DNA of 64,000 nucleotides, taken from the NCBI GenBank assembly GCA_963674595.2, contig CAXXFV010000016.1:672001-736000 (forward strand). Direction: 5' to 3'. A program made the position numbers and the translations under genes. Shown here in pieces: positions 37,615 to 47,030 of the stretch (its first letter is position 1; every line of letters starts with the position of its first letter). The notes beneath the pieces are model-generated. The model saw only the letters and a list, made by a program, of their open reading frames with translations, did no database searches and had not been told where the DNA came from. The stretch comes from a bacterium. Lineage in GTDB: Bacteria > Zhuqueibacterota > Zhuqueibacteria > Residuimicrobiales > Krinioviventaceae.

Positions 37615-39768
37615 ATGAAGGTTGCTATTATTTATAACAAAGATGTTACCAGAGTTATAAATCAGTTTGGGATGCAGAATAAAGAATTTTATAATCCTAA
37701 AACAGTGCGAATGGTTTCGAACTCTTTAGAGACAGGTGGACATAATGTAGAAATCATAGACGGCAATATGCATGTGATTGAAGCCCTGCAAAATTTTATG
37801 CCCAAGGTGCTTGAAGGTGAACGCATGGGAATGGTTTTTAATATGGCCTATGGAATTCAGGGTGAAAGCCGTTATACGCATATCCCTTCCATGCTGGAAA
37901 TGCTGGGAATTCCTTATGTCGGTTCTACTCCTGCCGGACATGCTTTGGCATTGGATAAAATTATTACAAAAATTATCATGCAAAAACATGGCATTCCGAC
38001 GCCAAATTTTTGGGTCTTTAATTCTCATAATGATGATATGAGTGATGTCATTTATCCTGTTATTATCAAACCAAAAATGGAAGCGGTTTCTTTCGGATTG
38101 CGGGTTGTTCATACTGAAGCAGATTTAAAAGAGGGGGTTGAATTTATTATCAATGAATTTCAACAGCAGGCGCTTGTGGAGCAATTTATTCCCGGACGGG
38201 AATTTGCAATTGGGCTGTTGGGCAATAATCCTGTTGAAGCTTTTCCTGTTTTGGAAATTGACCTTGAAGATGATCCCAACGCAATTCAAACGTTGGACGA
38301 TAAAAAGAAAAAGCCCAGGGCCAAGATTTGTCCTGCTAACCTGTCAAAAGAACTGGCATCGGAAATGGTAAAATTGAGTATTGCGGCTTTCAAGGCCCTT
38401 GGTTTAAGAGATTTTTCCCGTGTTGATATCCGGATGGATGAACATCATAATATCTATTTGCTGGAAATTAATTCCATGGCCAGTTTAGGGCCTAGCGGGT
38501 CCTATCCCTATGCTGCTAAAGTGGCGGGTTATGATTATTCCGCACTTGTAAATAAAATGCTTGATGTGGCGGCTGTTCGTTATTTTGCCAATTCTTCGTT
38601 GTTAAACGGCGATGTAAAAACAAAAGGAATTCCAATACATGTTCGTGTTCGCGGATTTTTAAGAAGCCGGCAATCTTCTATTGAAGAAATTCTGAAAAAA
38701 ATGGTAAACACCAATACATTTTTTCGAAATTCAGAAGGTGTAAATACGGTTGGGAATTTTATCAAAAAAGAATTGAGCCAACTGGGTTTTTCATTTCAAA
38801 GCTTTCCGCAAATTGAAATGGGAAATATTCTTTATTTTAGCAACTCGGATGATGAGCAAATTGATGTTTTGCTGCTTGGCAATCTGGATAATGACACGCC
38901 TGTTTACAAGCACGAATATTACCGTGAAATGGACCAAAAAATATTCGGCAGTGGTGTTTGGGAACACAAGGGGGGGATTGTCGTTATGCTGGCGGCGCTT
39001 CAGGCATTACGTTTTGTGAAAAAGCTCAGGGATCAGAAAATCGGTATTTTGCTGACGACTGATGATACTCAACAGGGACGATTTTCCCGTTCTTTAATAT
39101 TAAGGGTGGCATCCCATGCAAAGTTTATTTTAGGATTACATGGAGCTTTTTTAAACGGAGGATTGGTTACATCACGGTCCGGTGCGGCTGTTTACAACTG
39201 CTCAATGAATTTGGTTAATACGGACAAGGCAGAAAACGTTTCTCTGGCAACAAGTTTTTTTTCACGGCTCATCAATACCTGGATTGACTTGAGTGACGCA
39301 AAAAGTGGTTTGCTTATTTCAAGCCATAAAATGCAGATGAATTCCAATATTACCGAACCCTTTGCGCATGGTGAGGTTACACTTTCCGTTCGTTTTAATG
39401 ATTTGGAACAGATGATGGTAGTAGATAAAAAGATCAAAGAATTACTTTTAAAAAGAAAACATAAAAATTTAATTGATTTCCATTTGGAAGGAGGTATCCG
39501 ACGTCCTTCGATGCTTAAAAATGAAAATGTTGAAAAATTGTGGCATTTGATCAAAAGGCTGGCCGATAAACTTGATATTCAGTTAAGGGAGGAACATCGA
39601 TGGAGTTCGGCGGATATAGCATTTATAGAAAATAATAAAAACAAAATTGATGGTTTTGGTCCGATCGGAATAAAACCGGCAAACAAGTCCGAGTATATTT
39701 TACGTTTTAGTATATTGGAACGTGCGGCACTGTTGGCAATGACAATTTTAGAATTGAAAGAAAAATAA
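37615..39768 (+). CDS. D-Ala-D-Ala-ligase-like ATP-grasp domain fused to a degenerate M20 (carboxypeptidase G2-like) domain
   Basis: N-half: VFN.A.G, LG.PYVGS, LALDK..TK, IIKP..E..S.G, LVEQFI.GRE, SRVDIR, LLEINS. C-half: M20 fold motifs LLGNLD, GSGVWEHKGG, LLTTDD, SSAD, DG.GP.G, SEYI. Confidence 0.82.
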   Translation: MKVAIIYNKDVTRVINQFGMQNKEFYNPKTVRMVSNSLETGGHNVEIIDGNMHVIEALQNFMPKVLEGERMGMVFNMAYGIQGESRYTHIPSMLEMLGIPYVGSTPAGHALALDKIITKIIMQKHGIPTPNFWVFNSHNDDMSDVIYPVIIKPKMEAVSFGLRVVHTEADLKEGVEFIINEFQQQALVEQFIPGREFAIGLLGNNPVEAFPVLEIDLEDDPNAIQTLDDKKKKPRAKICPANLSKELASEMVKLSIAAFKALGLRDFSRVDIRMDEHHNIYLLEINSMASLGPSGSYPYAAKVAGYDYSALVNKMLDVAAVRYFANSSLLNGDVKTKGIPIHVRVRGFLRSRQSSIEEILKKMVNTNTFFRNSEGVNTVGNFIKKELSQLGFSFQSFPQIEMGNILYFSNSDDEQIDVLLLGNLDNDTPVYKHEYYREMDQKIFGSGVWEHKGGIVVMLAALQALRFVKKLRDQKIGILLTTDDTQQGRFSRSLILRVASHAKFILGLHGAFLNGGLVTSRSGAAVYNCSMNLVNTDKAENVSLATSFFSRLINTWIDLSDAKSGLLISSHKMQMNSNITEPFAHGEVTLSVRFNDLEQMMVVDKKIKELLLKRKHKNLIDFHLEGGIRRPSMLKNENVEKLWHLIKRLADKLDIQLREEHRWSSADIAFIENNKNKIDGFGPIGIKPANKSEYILRFSILERAALLAMTILELKEK

Positions 39769-39806
39769 GGCTTGTTGAAATTAATTATCTAAAATTCGGT
39801 TAAAGT

Positions 39807-41444
39807 ATGAAAAATATTTTACGTCAAGTTGAATCACGATTTAGACCAACATCCGATGGTAAATGTTCGGAATCGAAAAATGGTATGATTGCCACCCAGT
39901 CTTCCTATGCGACGGAAGCGGGTGCGGAAATTTTGAAAAAGAATGGAAATGCTGTTGATGCCGCTGTTGCCGCAGCTTTGGCCCTGGGTGTTAGCGAACC
40001 TCAGGCAAGCGGTTTGGGCGGACAAACCATGTTGTTGCTTTATAACAATGAAAACGTTATTGCTGTTGACGGTTCATCCCGTGCACCATCTCTGGCCCAT
40101 GTTAGTTCTGTTTATAAACAGGACCGGTCTCTGGGTTATCGAGCCACAACCGTACCCAGTACTTTGGCGACGTTATGGTATGTTCATGATCGTTATGGCC
40201 TGTTGCCCTGGGCACAATTGTGTGAACCCGCCCTGGCTTTGGCAAAAAACGGGTTTAAAATCAGTACCTTGCAGAACCGTTTGTTGAAACGTGAAATAGA
40301 AAATTTTAATAAAATTGAATCCAGGACCGGGCTCGAATATTTTTATAACAACGGCAAGCCTTATAACGTCGGCGATATTTTTAAACAGGATGATTTGTAT
40401 CGTCTGCTAAAAAAAATTAAAGATAAAGGTGTGTGGGAATTTTATCAGGGTAAAACAGCGCGTCAGATCGATGCGGATATGAGGGAAAACGGCGGTCTGC
40501 TTAGGATGGATGATCTGGCCCTGATCCCGTTTCCCATTGAACGGGAACCGTTGGTTAAATCTTTTCGGGATTTAGATGTATATACAATGCCGCCTCCCGG
40601 TTCGGGCAGAACATTGCTTTTCGTCCTTCTCATGCTTGACCTTATACCGGACACTCTTGAATTAAAAGACCCGTCTGTCAGGACACACATTTTTATACAA
40701 ATTTTACGCAAGGCCTTTCTTGAACGTTCCGACCGGCCCTATGACGCCAATTTTTTTCATCAAATCGCCGATGAAGCAGATATGCTGGATTCTCTTTTTG
40801 CCGGTGAATGTCTTACGGATATTTTAAATGATGTGGATAAAACTATTTTACCCACGCTTCCGTCCCTGGATGAAATAAAAGGGGAGACGACTCATTTATC
40901 CGTTATTGATAAAAAAGGTATGGCTGTTAGTTTAACACAATCCATTGAAAGAGTTTATGGCAGCAAAGCGGCGGCTTCGGGCCTTGGATTTTTGTATAAC
41001 AATTATTTATATGATTATGAATACAATCTTCCCAATCATCCTTTTTACCTGAGACCCAATGCTGTTCCCTGGGCAACAGTTGCGCCGTCTTTAGTGTTTG
41101 ATCAGGATAATTTATGGATGGCCCTTGGCAGCCCGGGCAGCGAACGGATCATTTCAACATTATCATTGTTTTTGCAGCATATTATTGATGACCGGTATTC
41201 TCTGGCAGAAGCTATGATGGCGCCGCGTATTCATTGTTCATTAGGCGGACGTGTCAGCCTTGAGGCCGGCCGGTTTCCTGAACAATTACTGTCTTACCTT
41301 CGGGATAAGGATTTTCGCCTGGATGAACGAGAGGATTTTGCTTTTTATCTTGGGTGTGTGCAGGCTGTTTTGCGAAAACATGATCATTCCGGATTTCAGG
41401 GAGTGGCTGACATCCGGAGAGACGGAACGGCTGCCGGAATTTAA
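39807..41444 (+). CDS. ggt: Gamma-glutamyltransferase family Ntn hydrolase, cytoplasmic
   Basis: A..AG..IL..NGNAVDAAVAA..ALGV.EP..SGLGG, FY.G..A, PPP.SG, ETTHLSVID..G.AVS.T (Thr nucleophile), GSPG, APR.H, AD.RR.G. No signal peptide. Confidence 0.9.
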   Translation: MKNILRQVESRFRPTSDGKCSESKNGMIATQSSYATEAGAEILKKNGNAVDAAVAAALALGVSEPQASGLGGQTMLLLYNNENVIAVDGSSRAPSLAHVSSVYKQDRSLGYRATTVPSTLATLWYVHDRYGLLPWAQLCEPALALAKNGFKISTLQNRLLKREIENFNKIESRTGLEYFYNNGKPYNVGDIFKQDDLYRLLKKIKDKGVWEFYQGKTARQIDADMRENGGLLRMDDLALIPFPIEREPLVKSFRDLDVYTMPPPGSGRTLLFVLLMLDLIPDTLELKDPSVRTHIFIQILRKAFLERSDRPYDANFFHQIADEADMLDSLFAGECLTDILNDVDKTILPTLPSLDEIKGETTHLSVIDKKGMAVSLTQSIERVYGSKAAASGLGFLYNNYLYDYEYNLPNHPFYLRPNAVPWATVAPSLVFDQDNLWMALGSPGSERIISTLSLFLQHIIDDRYSLAEAMMAPRIHCSLGGRVSLEAGRFPEQLLSYLRDKDFRLDEREDFAFYLGCVQAVLRKHDHSGFQGVADIRRDGTAAGI

Positions 41445-41454
41445 GGAAGGCAAC

Positions 41455-42225
41455 ATGACGAAAACTTTACCTTTTCTTGTTTCCATACCGCATGGCGGGA
41501 CAGTTATTCCTCCTGAATTTAAAGACCGGATGGCCTTAACAGAACGTGATTTATTTGATGATTCCGATGTCTTTTCAGATGAAATTTATAACGTTCAGGG
41601 ATTGGTTAAACATACTGTTCGTTTTTCCTTTGCCCGTGCATTTATTGATGTCAGCCGGCCTGTTGATGAGCGCCCGCCGCAGTACACAGATGGTGTTATT
41701 AAAAGTCATACCTGCTATCATGTTCCGGTTTATAAAAAAGACATGCAGCCTAATAGCCGGGAACAGGAAATGCTGATCCGGGAATATTATAACCCATATC
41801 ATGCAGAATTACAAAAAACCATTAAAATGCCGGGGATTAAAATAGCGTTGGATTGCCATACCATGCATGCGGTAGGACCGGCTGTTTCGCCGGATTCCGG
41901 AACCCCAAGACCCATAATTAATTTGGGCAATCTTGACGGGGCAGCTTCAGACATGACTTTGATAAGAAAACTGGCGTCTGCTTTTTGTAATGTTTTTCAA
42001 CTGGATGATCGGGATGTCTCTTTAAACAAGCCGTTTAAGGGCGGTTATATTACCCGACGTTATGGAGGGAAACCCCTTCCCTGGATCCAGATTGAATTGA
42101 ATAAAAGTTTGTATCTCGCATCACCCTGGTTCGACAAACCTTCGCTATCAATGGATACGTCCCGATTGACCGAGTTGAACCGGCTTTTTAGCAATGTCCT
42201 TTATCAATTTAGTCAAATGATTTAA
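41455..42225 (+). CDS. N-formylglutamate amidohydrolase family protein
   Basis: LVSIPHGG, D.D, RAFIDV.R, YY.PYH, LDCHTM, NLGN, N.PFKGGYIT..YG, IQIELN. ATG at 41455 after AAGGAAGG. Confidence 0.88.
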   Translation: MTKTLPFLVSIPHGGTVIPPEFKDRMALTERDLFDDSDVFSDEIYNVQGLVKHTVRFSFARAFIDVSRPVDERPPQYTDGVIKSHTCYHVPVYKKDMQPNSREQEMLIREYYNPYHAELQKTIKMPGIKIALDCHTMHAVGPAVSPDSGTPRPIINLGNLDGAASDMTLIRKLASAFCNVFQLDDRDVSLNKPFKGGYITRRYGGKPLPWIQIELNKSLYLASPWFDKPSLSMDTSRLTELNRLFSNVLYQFSQMI

Positions 42226-42295
42226 ATCTCTCATTCAGCATTCCACGGGGATCATTAATATCTGTTGTTTTATATTCTGTTTAAAATTTGTACCT

Positions 42296-42323
42296 TTGAC
42301 AAATTGGTTTTTATTAATAAACT
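42296..42323 (+). promoter_or_regulatory. Putative sigma70-type promoter for the thuA cluster
   Basis: TTGACA, 16-bp spacer, TAAACT, about 40 bp before the thuA ATG. Confidence 0.5.
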
Positions 42324-42362
42324 GTTCTTGGAATGATAACAACTGCGCGACAGGAGAAATAT

Positions 42363-43097
42363 ATGAAAGATTTCATTCAGGTAACCGTATGGAATGAATT
42401 TTTACATGAAAAAACCAATGATGCTGTTGCAAAAATTTATCCCCAGGGTATTCATAGGGCAATAGCTGAATTTTTAATCAAGACTTCCAATATTAAAACC
42501 CGTACAGCCACACTCGACCAGCCGGAACACGGATTGTCTCAGGCCGTCCTGGAAGATACGGATGTGCTGATCTGGTGGGGCCATAAAGCCCATGATCAGG
42601 TAGATGATAATGTTGTTGAAAATGTCAAAAAACGGGTCCTGGAGGGCATGGGGCTGATCGTTTTGCATTCGGGCCATTATTCCAAAATATTCAAATCACT
42701 TTTGGGGACGAATTGCTCTTTAAAATGGCGGGAAGCGGCTGAAAGACAACGGTTATGGAACCTTGAACCGGCACATCCGATTACTTTGGGAATTGGTGAA
42801 TATATTGAATTACCTCATGCTGAAATGTATGGGGAACGGTTTGACATCCCGACACCGGATAAGCTTGTTTTTATTTCATGGTTTGAGGGAGGGGAAGTAT
42901 TCCGAAGCGGATGCTGCTGGGAACGGGGCCACGGCAGGATTTTTTATTTCCAGCCTGGTCATGAAACCTATCCGATTTATCATAATCCTGAAATTCAACA
43001 TGTTATTACAAATGCCGTATTGTGGGCGGCCCCCCGTAAAAAGATAAAAGATGTATGTCCGAACGTTCCACCCATTGAACCGTTAAACCGGTCCTGA
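42363..43097 (+). CDS. thuA: ThuA (trehalose utilization) family protein
   Basis: [74 protein letters not shown] at 42363 after AGGAG. Confidence 0.93.
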   Translation: MKDFIQVTVWNEFLHEKTNDAVAKIYPQGIHRAIAEFLIKTSNIKTRTATLDQPEHGLSQAVLEDTDVLIWWGHKAHDQVDDNVVENVKKRVLEGMGLIVLHSGHYSKIFKSLLGTNCSLKWREAAERQRLWNLEPAHPITLGIGEYIELPHAEMYGERFDIPTPDKLVFISWFEGGEVFRSGCCWERGHGRIFYFQPGHETYPIYHNPEIQHVITNAVLWAAPRKKIKDVCPNVPPIEPLNRS

Positions 43098-43117
43098 TTT
43101 TAACTGGATCGGTTAAA

Positions 43118-44467
43118 TTGAATAAAGGAGTTGTATTGCAAGAGGAAACCCGAAGAGAATTTTTAAAAAATACAAAAAATTGTCTGTCTTTACTGGCTTT
43201 TCCATATATTGTTTCTGCCAAAGAAGGACCAACAAAGACCATATCTCATAATTTTAAACTGGTATCAAAAACTGTTTTTATGCCGGCTCCGGCCCAGAAC
43301 GTGGGGGTTCATGCGGCAAGCTGTTATACAGACCGTAAAAAAAATGACCTGATCAGTATTCATTCGCATACATCCAAAAGCGATTTAAATGATGCCGCAT
43401 TTTTTCGTTTTTCGTCGGATAATGGTCAAACCTGGAGCGAGGCTGCCCGGTGGTATACAAAATTTGAACATCCCAACGGTACAGGACGGCGTTATCCCCG
43501 GGCCGGTATTGTTGATCCGAATACCAATAAATTTATCCTTTTTTATAATAAAGCTGTGTTGCCGAATGATGATCCTTTGGAAGGGATGCAGCAGTTGAAA
43601 ATTCATTACACTATTTTAAATGAAAAGTATCAGTTCGAACCGGGGCAGCAGATAATCCATCGGGGCGTTGATTTTGATGAAATTCATCCTTTCCCGGATA
43701 TTTATATCGGCCGGAATTGTTACATGCTTGGAGATTATACCCAAGCGCCTTTATTTCTTCCGGATGGAACATTATTACTGCCGGTACAGTCAACACCGCT
43801 GGTTGACGATAAATATTTTAATCCCGGCGGCGGCATGACCTATACGGATTGTATGCTATTAATGGGGCGATGGAATTCTGAAAATCAACTGGAATGGACC
43901 TGCTCCGAGAGGATCAAAGGAAATCCGGCTGAAACAACACGGGGTTTGATTGAACCAACCATTGCATTATTGGCTGATCAATCTTTACTTATGGTTATGC
44001 GCGGTAGTAACGATGTGAATCCCGAGTTACCCGGTTATAAATGGTATGCCCGGTCTTTTGACGGAGGCCATACCTGGACAAAAGCACAGCCCTGGACCTA
44101 TTCTACAGGTGAAAATTTTTATTCGCCCAGTTCCTGTTCTCAGCTTTTACCTCATTCAAATAAAAAATTATATTGGATCGGGAATATTACACCGGATAAT
44201 CCTATTGGACATCATCCCCGGTTTCCGCTTGTTATAGGAGAGGTGGATCTTGAAAGCGGATTGTTAATTAAGGATTCTGTTTTTGTCATTGATGATAAAC
44301 AAATAAATGAAAGTGATTTTTTGTTCCTTTCCAATTTTTATGCACGTGAAGACAGAGAGACCGGAGATATCGTGCTGCATTTGAGCCGCCTGTTTGCAAA
44401 TGATTTTAGAAATAATGATAAAATTGACTGGACGGCCGATGCTTTGTTGTATCGAACACGTGTTTAA
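43118..44467 (+). CDS. Sialidase-like BNR/Asp-box beta-propeller protein with possible Tat signal
   Basis: TRREFLK near the N-terminus, Asp boxes SSDNGQTW and SFDGGHTW, EP...L...L.MVMR, SPSS, HPR.PL. Confidence 0.75.
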   Translation: MNKGVVLQEETRREFLKNTKNCLSLLAFPYIVSAKEGPTKTISHNFKLVSKTVFMPAPAQNVGVHAASCYTDRKKNDLISIHSHTSKSDLNDAAFFRFSSDNGQTWSEAARWYTKFEHPNGTGRRYPRAGIVDPNTNKFILFYNKAVLPNDDPLEGMQQLKIHYTILNEKYQFEPGQQIIHRGVDFDEIHPFPDIYIGRNCYMLGDYTQAPLFLPDGTLLLPVQSTPLVDDKYFNPGGGMTYTDCMLLMGRWNSENQLEWTCSERIKGNPAETTRGLIEPTIALLADQSLLMVMRGSNDVNPELPGYKWYARSFDGGHTWTKAQPWTYSTGENFYSPSSCSQLLPHSNKKLYWIGNITPDNPIGHHPRFPLVIGEVDLESGLLIKDSVFVIDDKQINESDFLFLSNFYAREDRETGDIVLHLSRLFANDFRNNDKIDWTADALLYRTRV

Positions 44468-44612
44468 CAAAGCTTTTATTTAATTAAAATGAGGAAAATT
44501 TTTTTATAGTCATTTGATTGTGTAAAAAAATGTAACCAAAAAATTAATCCCTTGTTTTCACTAAAATTTGTATTACATTGACGTTTTGTTTGAAGAGCAA
44601 GGAGAAGGCAAT

Positions 44613-47030
44613 TTGTTAGTCGACCTTTTAACCTTAAATGAACTTGAACCCCCAATGGGGGACCTTGGTGTGAAACCTCAATTTTCTTTTTGCCGTTCTT
44701 TTTGGACAAAGCCTATTGACGGTGAAAACGACGCACCGGAAAATCGCATTATTCATGTTCGCAATTTGCAAATGCATGATAATGTAAAAATTAAAAAACT
44801 TGGAATCCGCCGGGGAAAGGGATTTCATATTTGCGGCAGTCATCAGGACCTGGATTGGGTCGAATCATTACGCCTTTGGATTTGGCAGGAAAACGGTTGG
44901 AAATGCTGTTTTAGCAAACAGGACATTGCCAAAACCGATGAAAATACTGTTCAATGGTTTGAATTTGATGATCTTCTAACCAATACCGTTATATTGGAAA
45001 TTCGAAAAAGCGGTATTGATGGATATTGGCCGTCCTGGAACCTGGCCATGTCTGCTTTTATTTTACAAGGGGAAGCACCATCGCCGCCGGCACCTAGGGA
45101 TGAAAAAAATCTTGTTTGCAGTCAAATTTCAATGGATGATTTGCCGGATGGTTTTAAGGCTCAGATATTTGACGGACAAGTTCGTTATTTAACATCTCAG
45201 CTTGAGGTTGGATTTTACCTGAATCGTACCGGTTTTTCACATCTGGGGATCGATCATGATGGCGAACACCGTACAAATATCAATCTTTTAAAAATTCAAC
45301 CCGGACTCTTTTTTCAGGGCGTTCAACTTAATCCTGTCGGCCAACAACCGGTCGCCGGCATCTCTCTTCGTTACGATGTAACGGGAACGACCTCGGTTAT
45401 AAATAATCACGTTTTATATGAAATAAATGTCGGCGATAAAATACAATATAAAATGGATTGGCAAGTTTTATCGGACCGGTTATTATTGGATGTTGAACGG
45501 CATGCGGATGCTGATATACGTTGCTGGACCGGAAGCGTTTGGATGATCGGATTTGAAAGCCGGGCTGCCTCTACCCAGATGATCGGAAAAATTACAAAAG
45601 ATGGACAGACCGGTGGTTTGACTGTTCCTTCACTTATGCATGTGCCTAATTTCGGGACATTGAAAATTGAATCAGATAGTCCTGATGTTTTCCTCAGGTC
45701 CGATGCCCTTCGTCCCCAGGATATGAGCACACTGGAAATTAAACTCGGTGAAATTCCGCAGCCTGAAGGCGACTATATACTGCAAAAAGGTACCTTTAAG
45801 GCACGAATCGAGTTTTCTTTGGTAAAACCGGATATATCTTTACGGAAAGATACACCGGCTATTGTTCGTCGTGCGGTTGAAAAAACAACCTTTACAGCGT
45901 TGACCTATCGACCGGACACTGCTACTTTAAGCAATAATAGCATTTCCCTTCACTGTCCGATCTGTATGGATATGTGGTCGGCCAACACCACACGAATCGG
46001 TAAACTGTTGCCGGATTTAACGGCGAATGATTTGTTAAAAACGTCACTGGAACGATGGCTGGACGGGGGACAGGGTTATACCAGCGGACGTTTAATGCAG
46101 GATGGGATTGTTCATGCTGCCGAAGATGAGTATTTGATGACCGGCGCGGCCTGTTTTTTAGGACTGGCTGATTATTTGGAATCGTGTGGTACAGAGACCT
46201 GGGTGGACCATTATACCCAGGCCATTGAAAAACAATTGCAGCTTTTAAAAGCTAGAGATATTGATAACGATGGTTTAATTGAAAGTATATATCGCACCGG
46301 TACCAACGGGACCGGTCAATGGAGCACATGCTGGTGGGACGTTATCTCCTTTGGCTGGAAGGACGCTTTTTCCAATGCTGTTTTATATGCTGCTTTGGTA
46401 AAGTTGTCGGCTCAATTAAAACGATTTGGTAAGGATTCTTTATATGCCGGACTTGATGACTGGGCATTAAAATTAAATTCAAATTATTTTAAAACCTTTT
46501 ACAATCCGGATACAGGCTGGCTGGCAGGCTGGAGATGTAAGGACGACAAGCTCCATGATCATGCTTTTTTATTTGTTAACGGTGCGGCCGTCAGTTACGG
46601 ACTTGTTGAGGCCAAACCGGCCCTTGAGATTATGCAGCGTCTCTGGAATGAATTTGAGCGGGTGGGTGTTCCTGATGCTCAATATGGTTTGCCGGGTAAT
46701 TTATGGCATATTCCTGACCACGATCTTGCCGATATTATGCAGGGGTATCCCTTGGGATTTTATCAAAACGGTGGTCGGACCACATCTCAGTCCCGTCATT
46801 TTATCAATGGACTTTATACCGTGGGAATGGATGTGCAGGCTGATGAGTTGGTAAAACAAATCAGCAAGGGGCTGGCAGAGGGACTGGTTTTTGGCGGCGC
46901 AAAAAGCGGTGTTGACTGGCGATATTGGGATGACCGGCCAAGCGGATATGAAGGTCTGCTGACCGATCAATTTGGGGTTTTAGCTACAATTCTCGAACGA
47001 TATAAAACAGAAATGGAAATAAAAAAATGA
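44613..47030 (+). CDS. Large cytoplasmic protein with a C-terminal (alpha/alpha)6 glycoside-hydrolase-like domain
   Basis: D.DNDGLIE, WWD..SFGWKDAFSNA..Y.AL, FYNP.TG..AGW, NGAAV, YQNGG resemble six-hairpin GHs. TTG start at 44613 after GGAG (ORF track begins at 44568). Confidence 0.6.
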   Translation: MLVDLLTLNELEPPMGDLGVKPQFSFCRSFWTKPIDGENDAPENRIIHVRNLQMHDNVKIKKLGIRRGKGFHICGSHQDLDWVESLRLWIWQENGWKCCFSKQDIAKTDENTVQWFEFDDLLTNTVILEIRKSGIDGYWPSWNLAMSAFILQGEAPSPPAPRDEKNLVCSQISMDDLPDGFKAQIFDGQVRYLTSQLEVGFYLNRTGFSHLGIDHDGEHRTNINLLKIQPGLFFQGVQLNPVGQQPVAGISLRYDVTGTTSVINNHVLYEINVGDKIQYKMDWQVLSDRLLLDVERHADADIRCWTGSVWMIGFESRAASTQMIGKITKDGQTGGLTVPSLMHVPNFGTLKIESDSPDVFLRSDALRPQDMSTLEIKLGEIPQPEGDYILQKGTFKARIEFSLVKPDISLRKDTPAIVRRAVEKTTFTALTYRPDTATLSNNSISLHCPICMDMWSANTTRIGKLLPDLTANDLLKTSLERWLDGGQGYTSGRLMQDGIVHAAEDEYLMTGAACFLGLADYLESCGTETWVDHYTQAIEKQLQLLKARDIDNDGLIESIYRTGTNGTGQWSTCWWDVISFGWKDAFSNAVLYAALVKLSAQLKRFGKDSLYAGLDDWALKLNSNYFKTFYNPDTGWLAGWRCKDDKLHDHAFLFVNGAAVSYGLVEAKPALEIMQRLWNEFERVGVPDAQYGLPGNLWHIPDHDLADIMQGYPLGFYQNGGRTTSQSRHFINGLYTVGMDVQADELVKQISKGLAEGLVFGGAKSGVDWRYWDDRPSGYEGLLTDQFGVLATILERYKTEMEIKK

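Noticed and set aside
37615-38600. Calling the ATP-grasp gene ddl or a van resistance ligase
   Set aside because: Lacks the Ddl N-terminal GG.S.E and HG..GEDG motifs, has EINSMAS rather than E.NT.PG, is fused to M20, and has no cell-wall or van genes nearby.
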